Shown: positions 12,325 to 26,036, counted from the stretch's first letter. The stretch: 64,000 bases of DNA from Octopus vulgaris (GCA_951406725.2 OX597817.1:121272001-121336000); one strand, 5' to 3'. Numbers and translations: made by a program. The notes: generated by a model not told the origin, from the letters alone.

Positions 12325-12835
12325 ATATAATGAAATTATTGTATACAATGCTAAGGTGCACCACAACTTGTCAGAAAGTGCGTATAAAGTATATGCAGTA
12401 ATGTACAAATGTCTGGAAAGCGAACAATGTATGAGTCAGATACATGCTTGTGTGTGTATGGAGGGGAGGAAATCAGGTGTGGTGTTGGCGAAACTCAGAA
12501 AGCATGGAAGTTTTGAAGGATGCAGTGCTCCAACAACTAACAACTGATGCCGGCAGTTTGTTCCATGCTTCAGCAACTCTCAGCGTGAAAAAATGTTTCC
12601 TAAAGTCATGGGAGCTGTGCTGTTTTCTGACTTTGTAAATATGTCCACGGGTGTTAGACGGGTGGAGTTTGAAAAGGTGCTCAGAGTTATTGTTTGTAAG
12701 ATGGTTGATAATTTTATGGGTGTCTGCCAAGTCAGTTGCCAGACGTCGGAGTTTCAATGTGTCCATGCCCAGGGAAGTAAGGCGTTCAGAATATGGCAAA
12801 TGCCTGAAGGAGAGTATTCTTTCGGGTATTCTTCA
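12325..12835 (-). mobile_element. 5'-truncated CR1/L2-group LINE, ORF2 C-terminus and 3' UTR
   Basis: ORF 12473-12799: PYSERL..LGMDTLKLRR..DL..HKII..TRGH.YKVRK..FRKHFFTLRVAEAWNKLP, a typical post-RT C-terminus. Confidence 0.85.
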
Positions 12836-13069
12836 ATGTACATTGCAAGATTAATAGAAAGGCATGGTTCTTGTATCACAAGACACTTTAGATAATGTAG
12901 TCCAAGATGCATAATGTCAAGAAAAAGGGATAGGGTACCCGCGGTTAGAGTGCTTTTGATGATAGGTTTTATTGAATAGGGTTAGTCTTTATTTAGGGTT
13001 AAGCAACAGCAATAACAACCAGCCCGACTAAAATTAAGCCAAACTGGAAGCCACTGGAAGAGTTGCTCT

Positions 13070-13250
13070 ACCTGCTAGATGTAGCAGCCAAATCTCCGCC
13101 TTTTCCTATATTTTTTTAAAAAATAGGACGCATTAGCTAATTTAGTCTATAGTTTGGACAAAAATAGATGAGACGGTCACGGTTGGAATGTTTTTGTTAA
13201 TAATTCTGCTCGATCAAAGTCGATCTAGATCTGGCGTTAAGGAACAACAA
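13070..13250 (+). repeat. Old dispersed repeat (ctgctagaaatagcagccaaatctcc family)
   Basis: Similar motif recurs near 25660, 32200 and 45200, and inverted near 13670 and 44450. Confidence 0.5.
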
Positions 13251-13775
13251 AAACACAAATTGTAAGAAGTAGATAATTAAGAATAATTATGATGCTGTGT
13301 TTATTAATTGGCACATAGACAAATCAACGAATATCTCACATCAAAGCAACAATGATAATTTAATAGCAATTCTAGAAGAATTCTATTGTGTGTACCGCGT
13401 GTGCATTGTGTGTGTGCATGTGTGTGTGATGTGTGCATGTATGTGTGATGTGTGCATGTGTGTGTGATGTGTGCATGTGTGTGTGTGTGTGTGTGTGCAT
13501 GCGTGTCCCAGCTGGTCCCAAAAGATAAAACCGTTCATGCCATTGCTGAACATCTAGCCACATTTTAAAAAAAATTTGCAATATATTTTTCAATTCAGTC
13601 CTATTTAAAGATCTTTTAAAGTGATTTTAAATTCAATGCTTTTTAAAAGAACATGATGTATTATTTGAAATAGATTTGGCTGCTATTTCTTTCAGATTGA
13701 GCGACCAGATCGATGATTCCTACTTGGCTCAGTCTATTTTCAGTATACTACAGAGATTGATTCAAACAGTGTTAA

Positions 13776-13838
13776 CAGGGAGTACCTCGGTTTTCGAACA
13801 ACTCTGATCACGAATAAATAAATCGTGCTTTACACACA

Positions 13839-13910
<72 letters not shown>

Positions 13911-14223
13911 AAGTACGATTTACATATATATATATTTATATCAGCCGAAATTACGAGGATGATCCGGTTCTTGACTGAAGATAAAAGGCTTCGAATGACC
14001 CGTCCGTGTGTTTTTGTATCGTCTATCTGGATGTTTTGTTGTCCCTTTTTGTATCACCTAGTTGTCGGGATGGTTGCGTTCATGTCCTATTTTGTATTTT
14101 ATTATATATATATATATAATAAATTTAACAAATAGCGGCGTACGTACACTTTGTTCTTTTATGTATATATATATAGCACGATTTATTCGTGATCAGAAGT
14201 GCTCGAAAACCGAAGTACTACTG
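13776..14223. mobile_element. pogo/Tigger-like MITE
   Basis: ~45-55 bp imperfect TIRs cagggagtacctcggttttcgaacaactctgatcacgaataaat / atttattcgtgatcagaagtgctcgaaaaccgaagtactactg; TA at the right end. Confidence 0.65.
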
Positions 14224-14289
14224 TATTTGTCTATTAATCTTAGGGAGGGTCAGAAGATCGGGTTTCCTTTTGTTAGACAGTTGCTATAT

Positions 14290-14700
14290 TACCTTGCAAT
14301 ACTGAGCTCATAAATCTTGGAACACCTACAGCTATATTTTTATGCTATTTAACCTGGATGAAGGAGTTGTCATACTGCGTCCGCAGGTTCTCTGAGAACA
14401 ACGAGAATGGCACGAACGGTGTATATTTTCAACATTTGCCGGAAAAATATGGAAAAATGGACAGAGAAGGAATAGAAGATGGATGCCATTTCGGGTGCAG
14501 AAAGGCTGAGAACAGGGTTAGTTTGGAGTCCATACAGAGACGTGAAGAAAGGATGAGAGAAGAGTGAAATAAGTTTGAAAAAGAATCAGATGTCACGTGA
14601 CTAGCTAACTCCGACAATCCGAGTCCACTGCAATAAGTGTAGGAAAGACAGGGTGAGGAGACAGCGCGTCTGTTAACCAGTGCTTAGCATTTGTTGGCGA
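14290..14700 (-). mobile_element. Highly degenerate LINE (L2/Jockey-group) ORF2 3' fragment
   Basis: Minus-strand SIPSLSIFPYFSGKC and YDNSFIQ resemble the ASLSLFYRYFxGxC and YxNSFxP motifs. Confidence 0.35.
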
Positions 14701-15053
14701 GTAACGTCATGTTAATCACTTCAGGAGGAACAGAAACCGATTAGATTAGTCATAAGCTTGTAAGTGCATCTAATGACAAAAATACAGAGTTTACTCTAAT
14801 GGACAAATCAGTAGAAAATAGATTAATACTAATTGATCGATTCGATTTATGAATCTATCTGTCTGTCTAGCTGTCTATATATAAAATTTGAAAACTTCCA
14901 ACATGTTACGTGATAAGGTGGCGACAAAGCACTGAAGTTTGTAATTCAGCTACGACAGATTTAACAGTTATATTTATTGTTATTGTCGCTGTTTTTAGCC
15001 ACAAGACAGTACTGATTAGGTATAACGATGGCTATACGTACATATTCCAGTCG

Positions 15054-15285
15054 AAGGCGGCAAGCTGGCAGAAACGTTAGCGCGCCGAGCGAAATGCTTA
15101 GCGGTATTTCGTCTGTCGTTACATTCTGAGTTCAAATTCCGCCGAGGTCGACTTTACCTTTCATCCTTTCGGGGTCGATAAATATAGTACCACTTTCGCA
15201 CTGGGGTCGATGTAATCGACTTAATCCCTTTGTCTGTCCTTGTTTGTCCTCTCTGTGTTTAGCCCCTCGTGGGCAGTAAAGAAAT
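15054..15285 (+). mobile_element. SINE family B, full-length
   Basis: aaggcggcaagctggcagaaacgttagc...gagttcaaattcc (B box)...cctttcatcctttcggggtcgataaa core (resembles the MetaSINE-type conserved domain). Confidence 0.85.
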
Positions 15286-15315
15286 ATATACATATTCCAG
15301 CCGCAACCACCCCGT

Positions 15316-15552
15316 ACTCTTTTACTCTTTTACTTGTTCCAGTCATTTGACTGCGGCCATGCTGGAGCACCGCCTTTAGTCGAGCAAATCGACCCCAGGA
15401 CTTATTCTTTGTAAGCCTAGTACTTATTCTATCGGACTCTTTTGCTGAACCGCTAAGTTACGGGGACGTAAACACACCAGCATCGGTTGTCAAGCAATGT
15501 TGGCGGGGGGGGGGCAAACACAGACAAACATATACACACACACATACATACA

Positions 15553-15584
<32 letters not shown>

Positions 15585-15597
15585 CATACATACATAC

Positions 15598-15656
<59 letters not shown>

Positions 15657-15818
15657 CATATATACGGCGGGCTTCTTTCAGTTTCCGTCTACCAAATCCA
15701 CTCACAAGGCTTTGGTCTGCCCGAGGCTATAGTAGATGAAACTTGCCCAAGGTGCTACGGAGTGGGACTGAACCCAAAACCATGTGGTGTGTAAGCAAGC
15801 TACTTACCACACAGTCAC
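15316..15818 (-). mobile_element. SINE family A with expanded internal microsatellite
   Basis: Colinear with other family A copies. Confidence 0.9.
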
Positions 15819-16127
15819 TAAATTTTGAGACGGAAATAGGCATGTCGTTTACTTTGTTGCCTTTAGTCGAGGTACTTCCTTCGCAAACATTTGGGTAAAA
15901 TTTCTAGTACAAGGCTAACTTCTCACCAGTTACGGAAACCCTAAAAAGGATCATGAGCGCTGTCCTTCTTTCGCCGATTAAGCAGTGAGAAAAATTACAT
16001 GTAGGTGTTACTGAATGTATCTTTCCTGCTTTTATGTGGAAGTGAGTAATTTGAATGAAATTGGTTGTAGGTCGCTGGCTATATTTGAAGTACCGTAAGT
16101 GGGTGGATGGAATTCTCGAGTATTAAT

Positions 16128-16340
16128 GATTTCAAATTTTGTCACGAGGGCAGTAACTTTTGGGGAGAGGATGAGTCGATTATATCGAACCCAGTGTTCA
16201 ACTGGTACTTATTTTATCGACCCCTAAAGGATGAAAGGTAAAGTCGACCTCGGCGGAATTTGAACTCAAAACGTTGCAGCAGGTGAAATACCGCTAAGCA
16301 TTTCGTCCAGCGCGCTAACGATTCTGCCAGCTTGCCGACT
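16128..16340 (-). mobile_element. SINE family B (alternative tail)
   Basis: Family B head and core with the tttcaaattttg...cacaagg tail. Confidence 0.8.
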
Positions 16341-16685
16341 TATTCTCATGTATTAATGATAACATTCATTGCTCAGGCCCTCAAAGTCATGATAATACGT
16401 TCAAATAGGTGGTTTATTGTTGTTGTGTTGTGTAGTTTCAGGTCATCTCTGATATCGAGTAGTAATAAAGTATGCAGATTGTCGTGCAGGAAATTAAATG
16501 TGATCCCCACAGCATGCATTCAAGACATTTCATATCCCTATCCAGGGTATAGTATCATGTATAATGAGAACACAAGCATTTTCCGAGATTCCAGGAAATT
16601 TCCAGGCCCGTTTACAATGTATCCGTTGTGCTTAGCTGACAGCATGCAGTGCTAGTTGCTTTACCCTCAGCTGGCAACCAATCTA

Positions 16686-17252
16686 TTGGGTTGTCCGGCA
16701 AGTTCGTGCCGATTTATAGTAGCTTACCTTTCAACATATATTAGAACATGATTGAGTCCATAAAATAGGATTGACTACACTTCCATTTAAAGCACAGTTT
16801 AAGCGATCTTTTCGTGGAAGAAGGTTTATGTTCCTATAACCTGTGTTAATTCTGTAACCCTTTAAAATGGAAACTAAAAAAGTTCATTTTCGGCACTTCA
16901 TGCTTTGGGAACCAGACAAAAATTACTGCAGCTCGGCTAGGATGTGTTACCCCACCCTCCATATTCACCAGATATTGCACCTTCGGATTTCCACTTATTC
17001 AGGTCTCTGCAGAATAGTCTTAATGGTAAAAATTTCAATTCCTTGGATGACGTAAAAAGATACCTTGATGAATTCTTTGCCATGAAACCACCTCAATTCT
17101 GGGAAGAGGATATTTTCAAGTTAAAGGAAAGATGGAGATGCATTGTGCAACAAAATGGTTCATATTTGTTTGATTAAAAATGTAATGGCAAGTATTTATT
17201 GACCGTCTTTCTTTTCCTTTAAAAATCGGCACGAATTTTCCAGACAACCCAG
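16686..17252 (+). mobile_element. Internally deleted mariner element (567 bp)
   Basis: TIRs ttgggttgtccggcaagttcgtgccgattt / aaatcggcacgaattttccagacaacccag; TA on both sides. Transposase start METKKVHFRH is joined to the C-terminus LPHPPYSPDIAPSDFHLF..NGSYLFD. Confidence 0.92.
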
Positions 17253-18006
17253 TATTTTGTACGCCTGTCTATTCTGGATGAATATACTGGATTGCAATAT
17301 GGATTTCTGTACAGGATGTGTTTGACAAGGAATGAAACGTTCTGCACTTAAGATCACAGTTTTAAATCAGAGCAAGGAAAGTCTCAAGAATGATGTTCTC
17401 TACAGTAATTGATAATTCTAGCCCGAGACTGAGCACTGGAGAAATTTCGTATTTTCTTTTCTAGATTGTAATGAAGACTGAAATTAGCACTTCCAACTAA
17501 CAAAACAGTTGTTAGCTATACAATGTTCACACTATTTACAATTAGTTGAACTGAACCAACGAGAATAAAACGCTTTAACCAAGAAGACAAATTAGTGCCG
17601 ATGGTGTGATACAAACTGTTGAATCACCGCCAACTGATTACCCAACTGTCCAACAATGTTTTCATACAGACAACTGACAATACATCAGTCTGTCTCCATT
17701 CAAAAGTCGATAGTCTAGCAACCATTAATTTAGTTACTTGTATTAGATAATTATATTTTTTAATTGTGCAAATTATACTGGTCAAAAATTCTTTCTTTTT
17801 TTTTGTTCTTTTTTGTGTAAAAGTCTTTGTCAACTGATCAGGAAAGTTTGAATAGACGATACTATGCTGATGAGTTTTAATCGACTGAAACATACCCATA
17901 GTTGTTTTTTCCTGCAAGCAAAGATTAAAAGTTCTTCTCAATATGATAATTAGCTTTGAAAGATTAACTCTCAGTTTCTTTAATAACTCCCATTTCTTTA
18001 ATAGGT

Positions 18007-18626
18007 TGTAGGGACCTCGCTTCGCCCTGCCCGAGATTTGGAACCAAATCTACCCGCTTGTTGCTTGTCAAAACAAGCGGGAAATCCTCTCCACACCAGA
18101 TAATCGATGAAGAAGCACTTGATCCCCAAGGACCTGTGCTGGTCAAGGAAAAGTCAGTCCTTTGTTTAGGGTTCGACATACATTACTGACTATAGTCTTT
18201 ATAACGGAACAGTTCCTGTCTCTTTCTCTCTTGTGCGAATCAGACCAAAGAACCACACGCTCTTTTGCGGCAGCTATGACTAAGTGCAGCACTTTCCTTT
18301 CGGCCGCAAGAGAGACGATGTCACCTTTATTCTTTCTAGTTAGCACCGTGCATTCCTTAATCTTTCACTCTCTACTGACAGACAACTTATTTCTACATTA
18401 TCAGCTACTAACCAGCGATCCAACCACTAGAATTGCTGCTGTATCTAACTGTCGGGCAAACGAATAAATATATGTAAATAGTATTTCTTCCTTCTTGGTG
18501 TTGATTCTTCGTTGTTCACTGGTTACTCCGACGCGAGAACCTTTAAGCGTTACATCCACACGCTACATTCGGCAGTGGGCTACATCATATCGACATGATA
18601 TCACATCTTTCATCTAGCCCGCTACA
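18007..18626 (+). mobile_element. Probable solo LTR
   Basis: Starts TGTAG, ends CTACA, internal AATAAA at ~18463, higher GC than flanks; flanks aggt/agtt. Alternative 3' end near 18568. Confidence 0.4.
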
Positions 18627-19696
18627 AGTTCCTAATAGTTATTGTTAGTTCTTTTGTTTTTCGTTTCTTTAATTTTTTAAGGAAGAATAATAAAAAAAAA
18701 TTAAGACTGTTTTGTGCATGAAACCCAGTGACTCATTAACTTAAACTTCTGTTCTGCTAATTTGATAATTTATCAACCTATTTTCATTCAGCACAGCCTG
18801 CGATTCCTACCTGAAGTTTTACTGAATGCCCCACAGAAAAAAGCTGAAGAGAAATAGAAATGATATCTGCTTGCCAGCTTCAGCTGTCACACTGACCCCT
18901 AAACAAAATTACTATTGCTTATTAGAGCTTACACTATTGTTTTCAGTTAGGAGAGCAACAGAAATATATACCTAATTTTTCGATCGGTTTACCTAAGCCA
19001 ATTCGATAAAGAATACTTGTTTGATCAAGTTAACTCGGAGCTACAGAACCTTGTAACTGTTTTCTCTCTAGATATCCATCTTGGGAAATAACACAGGCAT
19101 AATGATGTCGTCAGCATGAAACATGGGAAGCACTATAACATTTTCGGTATGTAGGAATAGTTATTTTGTTGACTCTGGATACGGAAGAAACATAATCAAG
19201 TCTAATATAATTTAATTGAAAAATATAGATTAATGAATTGGAATATAGTAAGATACTCAGGTTAGCAATTTTTGCAAATTTATTCTTATTTTCTTTTCTT
19301 CTTTCTGCGTCATCATCAGGTCAACGAACGGCCCTCAGTGAGTTCCTCAACACGTTCTATGTGTTTACCATGGTATTTTCATACGAGATTAAAAAAGTGG
19401 GTTCCCATTGCTTTCCTTAAAGTATCAGAATTTCAGACCAGGCGCAAATTTGTAAGCTAAATACAGACAAGTTCATCACACCTGTTTAGGTACTCAGAAC
19501 TTAAAGAACCAGAACAAACATGACAAAGTATTTTTTACAAAGCTCTACGAATTCCATTAGACTAGACTAGGACATCATTATGGATCTCGGAAAGATGAAA
19601 GATTTGGTTGAACTAGGTTAGTTACTTAAAGGTCAAACCTGATCTCAGAACTTAAAGAACAGGGATAAATATTGTACTTAATATTTGACAATCTGA

Positions 19697-19880
19697 AAGC
19701 GTCAAGCTGGCTGAGTCGTTAGCATGCTGGGCAAAATGCTTACCAGCATTTCGTCCGTCTTTATGTTCTGAGCTCAAATTCCGCCGAGGTCGACTTCGCC
19801 TTTCATCCTTTCGGAGGTCGATAAAATAAATACCAGTTGAACACTGGGATCGATCCCCTGGCCTTTTACCAGAATTTGAA
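19697..19880 (+). mobile_element. SINE family B
   Basis: caaattccgccgaggtcgacttcgcctttcatcctttcggaggtcgataaaataaatacc. Confidence 0.8.
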
Positions 19881-21105
19881 CTCAATATGTGATAATCTGG
19901 AAATTCACTGACATGTTTTAGAGTTTAGTTGAATTGAAATCAGTTTATTATTCGGATTTATGTTATCTACCACGTAAAAGCGAAAATCAAACATGAATAC
20001 GTCATATAGAAGACAGGAAATAAATTATATTAAGCATTTGGACCCGCAATCTACTATCGTGTCAGTTCACTAATCTTCATTTCTTACGTTAATGTAAGTC
20101 CTCTAAGTTTAATGGAAGTGTGAAGTGGATTAAACTAACTCCAGTACTTGACTGATACTTATTTTATCGATCAGAGTAGGATAAAATACAATATCGATTC
20201 TCAGCGTGATTTGAACTCATAATGTAAACGAACGTAACTAAATCCCCCTTATGACATTTTGTCCGGCATGTGATGTGATCAGATAGATAGTAATAAAAAT
20301 AGAGAAAAAAAAATGAAAAAAAAAATAATAAAAGAGAAAAAATATCCTACGAACCATAGATTTAAAGAAAATGGCTCATTGAAAGAATTAGAAGACATCG
20401 AATGAAACAGCTTCAGTCATTGGATAATTTGGTTTTTACTACTTGAATAGCTGAGATGAGAGTTAAAAAGAAAAAAAATATATATAAAAAAAACTAATAA
20501 AAGAAAAAGAAAAGGGAAAGAGGAAAGTGTTAAGCTCTTTAACCTTCTCATCGGTAAATAATCACTTCACTATACCTTTAATGGAAAAAATACTGGAACT
20601 AATGTTTAATGCAACGTTAGTTATATTTAAAAGAAAGAATTTAGTGTGTACGTGTATGGGGTTGGTGGTGTCGGTGTTGGAAACGGTGGCGTTGATGGTA
20701 GGGGCGTTGGTTACGGTGGAGATGGTGTTTCAGAACTGCTGCTTTTGATTGATACGTAAATCACCTGAGGAATTTAAAGTATTTAGTTAAATGGACCAGT
20801 AATAATAACGTACCAAACATAATCTAACACCTGAAGAATAAATACCACCACCACCACCACCACCACCACCACCACTACCACCACCATTTTTAGCTACAAC
20901 AACAGTAACAACAAGTACGGAACAAGAACAACAACATAACAAATAATATAAGTAAATAACAAAAATAAAAGAAAAAAAACCCCACAAAACCCCCACAAAA
21001 CAAGTAAATGGTTCATGAACGATGAATACGGTGTATATTCTATATTCTGTATAACGGGTCTTAGAAGAATACTTAGATTGAAGATCAGTCGAAAATATCT
21101 AAAGT

Positions 21106-21151
<46 letters not shown>

Positions 21152-21589
21152 GAAGGACAATTGACCATCTTGGCAATGCATCATTAAGCCTTGTAAACCT
21201 TCCAGTGTCCATTCCTTTAATGTTTCTGGCACTAACTCTTTCAGTTGAACTAAAGGGTAAATGGGAAAAATGTTGCACAAAGTTGCGATATTGATTCCTT
21301 TTCACTGGACACACGAGGTGAATTTCTGCTGTGAGCTGGAGTTTAAGAAATTTGGATTTTTATCTCAGTGTATTACGGGTATTTAAATCTATTGGCGACG
21401 AAGTAATAAAACAGTGTTTCTAAACCATTTTTTTCAAAAAACCTATAGATCCCTTTGATTCCTATTTTACTCAGATGGACCCACCTAGCCATTCGATGTT
21501 AAAAAAAGATTCTATTATATTTAAAAAAATTAAATATGAGGAAATGTATAACAAAAAAGCTATCATGGGATTGCACCTAGAAAATTATC

Positions 21590-21806
21590 TTCCGAGGCAT
21601 AAGTCCAGGTAAGGTTGTTTATGGAAGAGCAGCAGTAGCTCATGCATACTAGCCTCCCTTCTTCATGCCACGTGACGTCGCAACTCATTTCTACAGCTTG
21701 AGAACGTGAAATAAAGTGTTTACTCAATAACATATCACACAGCCCGGTCCAGGAATCGAACTCAATACCTCACGATTGACGCTCTAACCACTGAGCCATG
21801 CGTCTT
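21590..21806 (-). mobile_element. tRNA-derived SINE (family C-like head, distinct tail)
   Basis: Reverse complement of head ...ccaggaatcgaactc...ctaaccactgagccatgcg; tail differs from the 22022 copy. Confidence 0.6.
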
Positions 21807-22021
21807 GTAGAAATATATAGAAATATAACCAATTTATTGTACATAAAGTTTAACAAGCCTAATTCTAACACCCTAACACCTGGTGTACGTATTTTTTACT
21901 TTCGCCTATATACATACATACACATACACACACATACATATAGGGAGAGAAAGAGATAGATAGATAGATAGATAGATAGAGAGAGATAGAGAGAGACAGA
22001 CAGACAGACAGAGAGAGAGAA

Positions 22022-22345
22022 GCACTTCGTTGGTTACGACGACGAGGGTCCCAGCTTATACGATCAACGGAACAGCCTCTTGCTCGTGAAATTAACGTGC
22101 AAGTGGCTGAGCACTCCACAGACACGTGTACCCTTAACGTAAGTTCTCAGGGAGATTCAGCGTGACACAGAATGTGACAAGGCTGGCCCTTTAAAATACA
22201 GGAAGTACACATTTTTGCCAGCTGAGTGGACTGGAGCAACGGGAAATAAAATGTCTTGCTCAAGGACACAACGCGTCGCTGGGAACTGAACTCACGACCT
22301 TACAATCGTGAGCCGAATGCCCTAACCACTAAGCCACGCGCCTTC
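22022..22345 (-). mobile_element. tRNA-derived SINE family C, full-length
   Basis: Head ggcgcgtggcttagtggttagggcattcggctcacgattg; core tgtgtccttgagcaagac; tail ...ctgtggagtgctcagcc...ctcgtcgtcgtaacc. Confidence 0.85.
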
Positions 22346-22613
22346 ACATTGCACACACACACACACACACACAAACATGCAACCATATTTCTTTTTTTTC
22401 GGTGAATATTATTTTTTCTATTCACCATAAAAAGCTGATACACAGAAGGGATAACACAAGGCAGACAAAACATGGGTGTCAAAATAGCGTATGGATAATG
22501 AAAGAGTGAAAATGATGAAAATAGAGTGATAGACACGGGGACCACACAAACCACTCATCAACACTGATCTTTTTAGAATGACTAGTTCTTACGTTCAAGT
22601 CATATCACTTGGA

Positions 22614-22995
22614 AGCACTCCGTCGGTTACGACGACGAGGGTTCCGGTTGATCCGAATCAACGGAACAGCCTGCTCGTGAAATTAACGTGTAAGTGGCTG
22701 AGCACTCCACAGACACGTGCACCCTTAACGTAGTTCTCGGGGATATTCAGCGTGACACAGAGAGTGACAAGGCCGGCCCCTTTGAAATACAGGTACAACA
22801 GAAACAGGAAGTAAGAGTGAGAGAAAGTTGTGGTGAAAGAGTACAGCAGGGATCACCACCATCCCCTGCCGGAGCCTCGTGGAGCTTTAGGTGTTTTCGC
22901 TCAATAAACACTCACAACGCCCGGTCTGGGAATCGAAACCGCGATCCTATGACCGCGAGTTCGCTGCCCTAACCACTGGGCCATTGCGCCTCCAC
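22614..22995 (-). mobile_element. tRNA(Arg)-like SINE family D sharing the family C tail
   Basis: Head ggaggcgcaatggcccagtggttagggcagcgaactcgcggtc, B box ggtttcgattcc; 3' part matches the 22022 tail. Confidence 0.85.
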
Positions 22996-23569
22996 CATAT
23001 CACTTACACATGTAACAAGGCATATACACTTTTCATTCACAAATCCGGACAAACAAAATGGGTTGGAGCAGCATATGATTAAATAACATGTAACAATTGA
23101 TGAAAAAAAAAAATGTCGCATAGTCTTTTGATCTTCATTTTGGATTACTAGTACTCACATTCAATCATCTCTCTTACCCATCTACCAAGGTTTACACACT
23201 TCATTCCCAGTACAGCCAGACAAAATGGGTTGAAGTAACATATGATTAAATACGTGTAACAAATGATGAAACAGAACATTGCACTGTCTATTGAGTTCGC
23301 TGGTGTTCGGGCTACATATGGGGTAACACGTGAATTTCTGTATGTGTGTTTAGCTAGGTGATCAGAATGCATAACAGAACAAAAGGTGGTGGGAAGACTG
23401 GGAATCGGAAAGTATTTCTTTTTGAAGTGTATAATGTGAAGGTGCGTGGCTTAGTGGTTAGGGTACTCGGCTCACGATTGTAAAGTCGTGAGTTTAATTC
23501 CCAGCGACGCGTTGTGTCCTGGAGCAAGACACTTTATTTCACGTTGCTCCAGTCCACTCAGCTGACACC

Positions 23570-24095
23570 AAATATGAAGGAGCGATGGGTGGATACCTAC
23601 TCTGATCTACTGGAATCTTATGACAAGATAAAACTTAGGCGTATCTTTATGATCCAAAACGAAGGCTCAGTTCATGGAAAAATGACACACCTCTCTTCTC
23701 GAGGGCCGAAGAAGTTTAAGACTCAGCAATCAGGACAGAGAATCGTGGTAACTGTTTTTCTTGGAACGACAGCGCGTCATTCTCCTTGATTTTGTGTAAC
23801 GGGAAGATTAGCACTCATTGTGACTCTTTAAAATGCTCAGAGAAACTATGACAACAAACAACTTAACGAAAATATGAAAATGGTTCACATTCATCATGAT
23901 AATGCGTCACTGCACATCTCTGTGGGAATTAATCAGGCAATCGACAAATTGGGATGATCATTAGCCACCTATTATCCATACAGCCCAGATCTGGCGCACT
24001 CATACTTCCACCTGTTTAGTCCAATACTGAATAGTCTTTAGAAACAAAGATTTGATGATACAGATGAAATGATAGCGGACTGCAAAATAAGTGGA
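23570..24095 (+). pseudogene. Degenerate mariner transposase fragment, interrupted by a SINE
   Basis: PKKFKTQQS..IVVTVF, HHDNA and PYSPDLAHSYFHLF motifs across frames. Confidence 0.7.
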
Positions 24096-24515
24096 TAGGC
24101 GCAGGAGTGGCTGTGTGGTAAGTAGCTTGCTAACCAACCACATGGTTCCTGGTTCAGTCCCACTGCGTGGCGTCTTGGGCAAGTGTCTTCTCCTATAGCC
24201 CCGGGCCGACCAATGCCCTGTGAGTGGATTTGGTAGACGGAAACTGAAAGAAGCCTGTCGTATATATGTATATATATATGTATGTGTGTGTATGTGTTTG
24301 TGTGTCTGTGTTTGCCCCCTAGCATTGCTTGACAACCAATGCTGGTGTATTTACGTCCCCGTCACTTAGCGGTTCGGCAAAAGAGACCGATAGAATAAGT
24401 ACTGGGCTTACAAAAGAATAAGTCCCGGGGTCGAGTTGCTCGATTAAAGGTGGTGTTCCAGCATGGCCGCAGTCAAATGACTGAAACAAGTAAAAGAGTA
24501 AGAGAGTAAAGAGTA
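24096..24515 (+). mobile_element. SINE family A, full-length young copy
   Basis: ggcgcaggagtggctgtgtggtaag...ggttcagtccc...gaaacaagtaaaagagtaagagagtaaagag. Confidence 0.92.
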
Positions 24516-25207
24516 ACTGCGTGCATCGGGAATTTTTGCAAGAGTATTCGCAATTTGGGTCCAACGACGGCACGAAAGACTCAGTTGTGATTGAAACTAT
24601 TTTGAAGCGTATCATTGTGTACTTTACTAACATCTACGATTTAAACGATCTAGGTCACAAACACAAACACATTCGAACATATAATCCAAAGTGTCCCTTT
24701 TTCGACAAATATCTTGGGTGTGATTTTTTACAGAGATTTGGCTGTAATTTCAACCGCGTTGATCGACCGCATAAAAGTTTCTGTTGTTTAGATTGCTTCT
24801 CAGCTGTTTGTTCAATATCTAGCTCACACGACAATCGTCTGCTTTCGTATTATATATCTATAGAATACGCACAATAACACAATACAGTCACACATGATAC
24901 ATACAAAACATACACAACAGTCATACATAATACAATAATACTCACAATGCACAATGCGCCGCACACGCAATGTGCATTCTTTCTCTCTCTCTTCCCATTT
25001 ACTCTCCTGCCGAAAAATTTCATTTGATATATCCAGATTAAGACAGGAATGAGAAGAGAGAAAATAAAGTAAAAAACAAAACAAAAACAAAACATATAAA
25101 ATAAAAATACCACGAGAAAGAATCCATTAAACTAGATTGACTCAGCAGACAGAGAATAGACTTCTATTGGAACATTGAATTAAATCATTAAGGGTTCCAC
25201 TTAGACG

Positions 25208-25220
25208 ATATATATATATG

Positions 25221-25298
<78 letters not shown>

Positions 25299-25302
25299 TA
25301 TA

Positions 25303-25388
<86 letters not shown>
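25208..25388. repeat. (TA)n microsatellite
   Basis: Seen directly; one of many TA, CA, TACA, TCTA and TAA arrays in the window. Confidence 0.95.
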
Positions 25389-25391
<3 letters not shown>

Positions 25392-25785
25392 AATGTGTGT
25401 GTGTGTATGTATGTACACAAACACGCATATAAATATATCGCCAGTTGTTTAAAAATAAAAGCTACAAATGTTACCAGACGAAATATTCACAATGGTTATT
25501 TTGGTTTGCGACCGGAAGATATTTTATTTCATTTGTACTGTTACCATAAGGGTTAACACGTCTTGCATACAAACCTACCTAACTACCAACCTACATATCT
25601 AAATAAATACACATCGAGGCAAAGGTTGGAAACTGCCATGTAGTCACAGGATATCTTTGAAATAACAGCCAAATCTACATCAAATGACACCCCCACAAAC
25701 TTTATACAATTAAGGACATTATAAGATATAATTCTTGGTACCGTTTTTGATTAGGAATGAGTTGGAGTTAAATAAGAACAGCATC

Positions 25786-25849
<64 letters not shown>

Positions 25850-25863
25850 CTACCTACATACAT

Positions 25864-25896
<33 letters not shown>

Positions 25897-25957
25897 CATA
25901 TATATATGTATATATATATGTACTGGCATCCTTTTTGTCTATATATGTATATATATA

Positions 25958-26036
<79 letters not shown>

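Noticed and set aside
19320-19451. Candidate 132-nt exon (pyrimidine tract, CAG acceptor, GTAAGC donor, open frame)
   Set aside because: The peptide is unrecognisable and no partner exons were found; chance is plausible without RNA data
20730-21330. Possible minus-strand exons (VPETLKEWTLEGLQG...; DLRINQKQQF*)
   Set aside because: An in-frame stop lies next to the only good acceptor, and I recognise no homology
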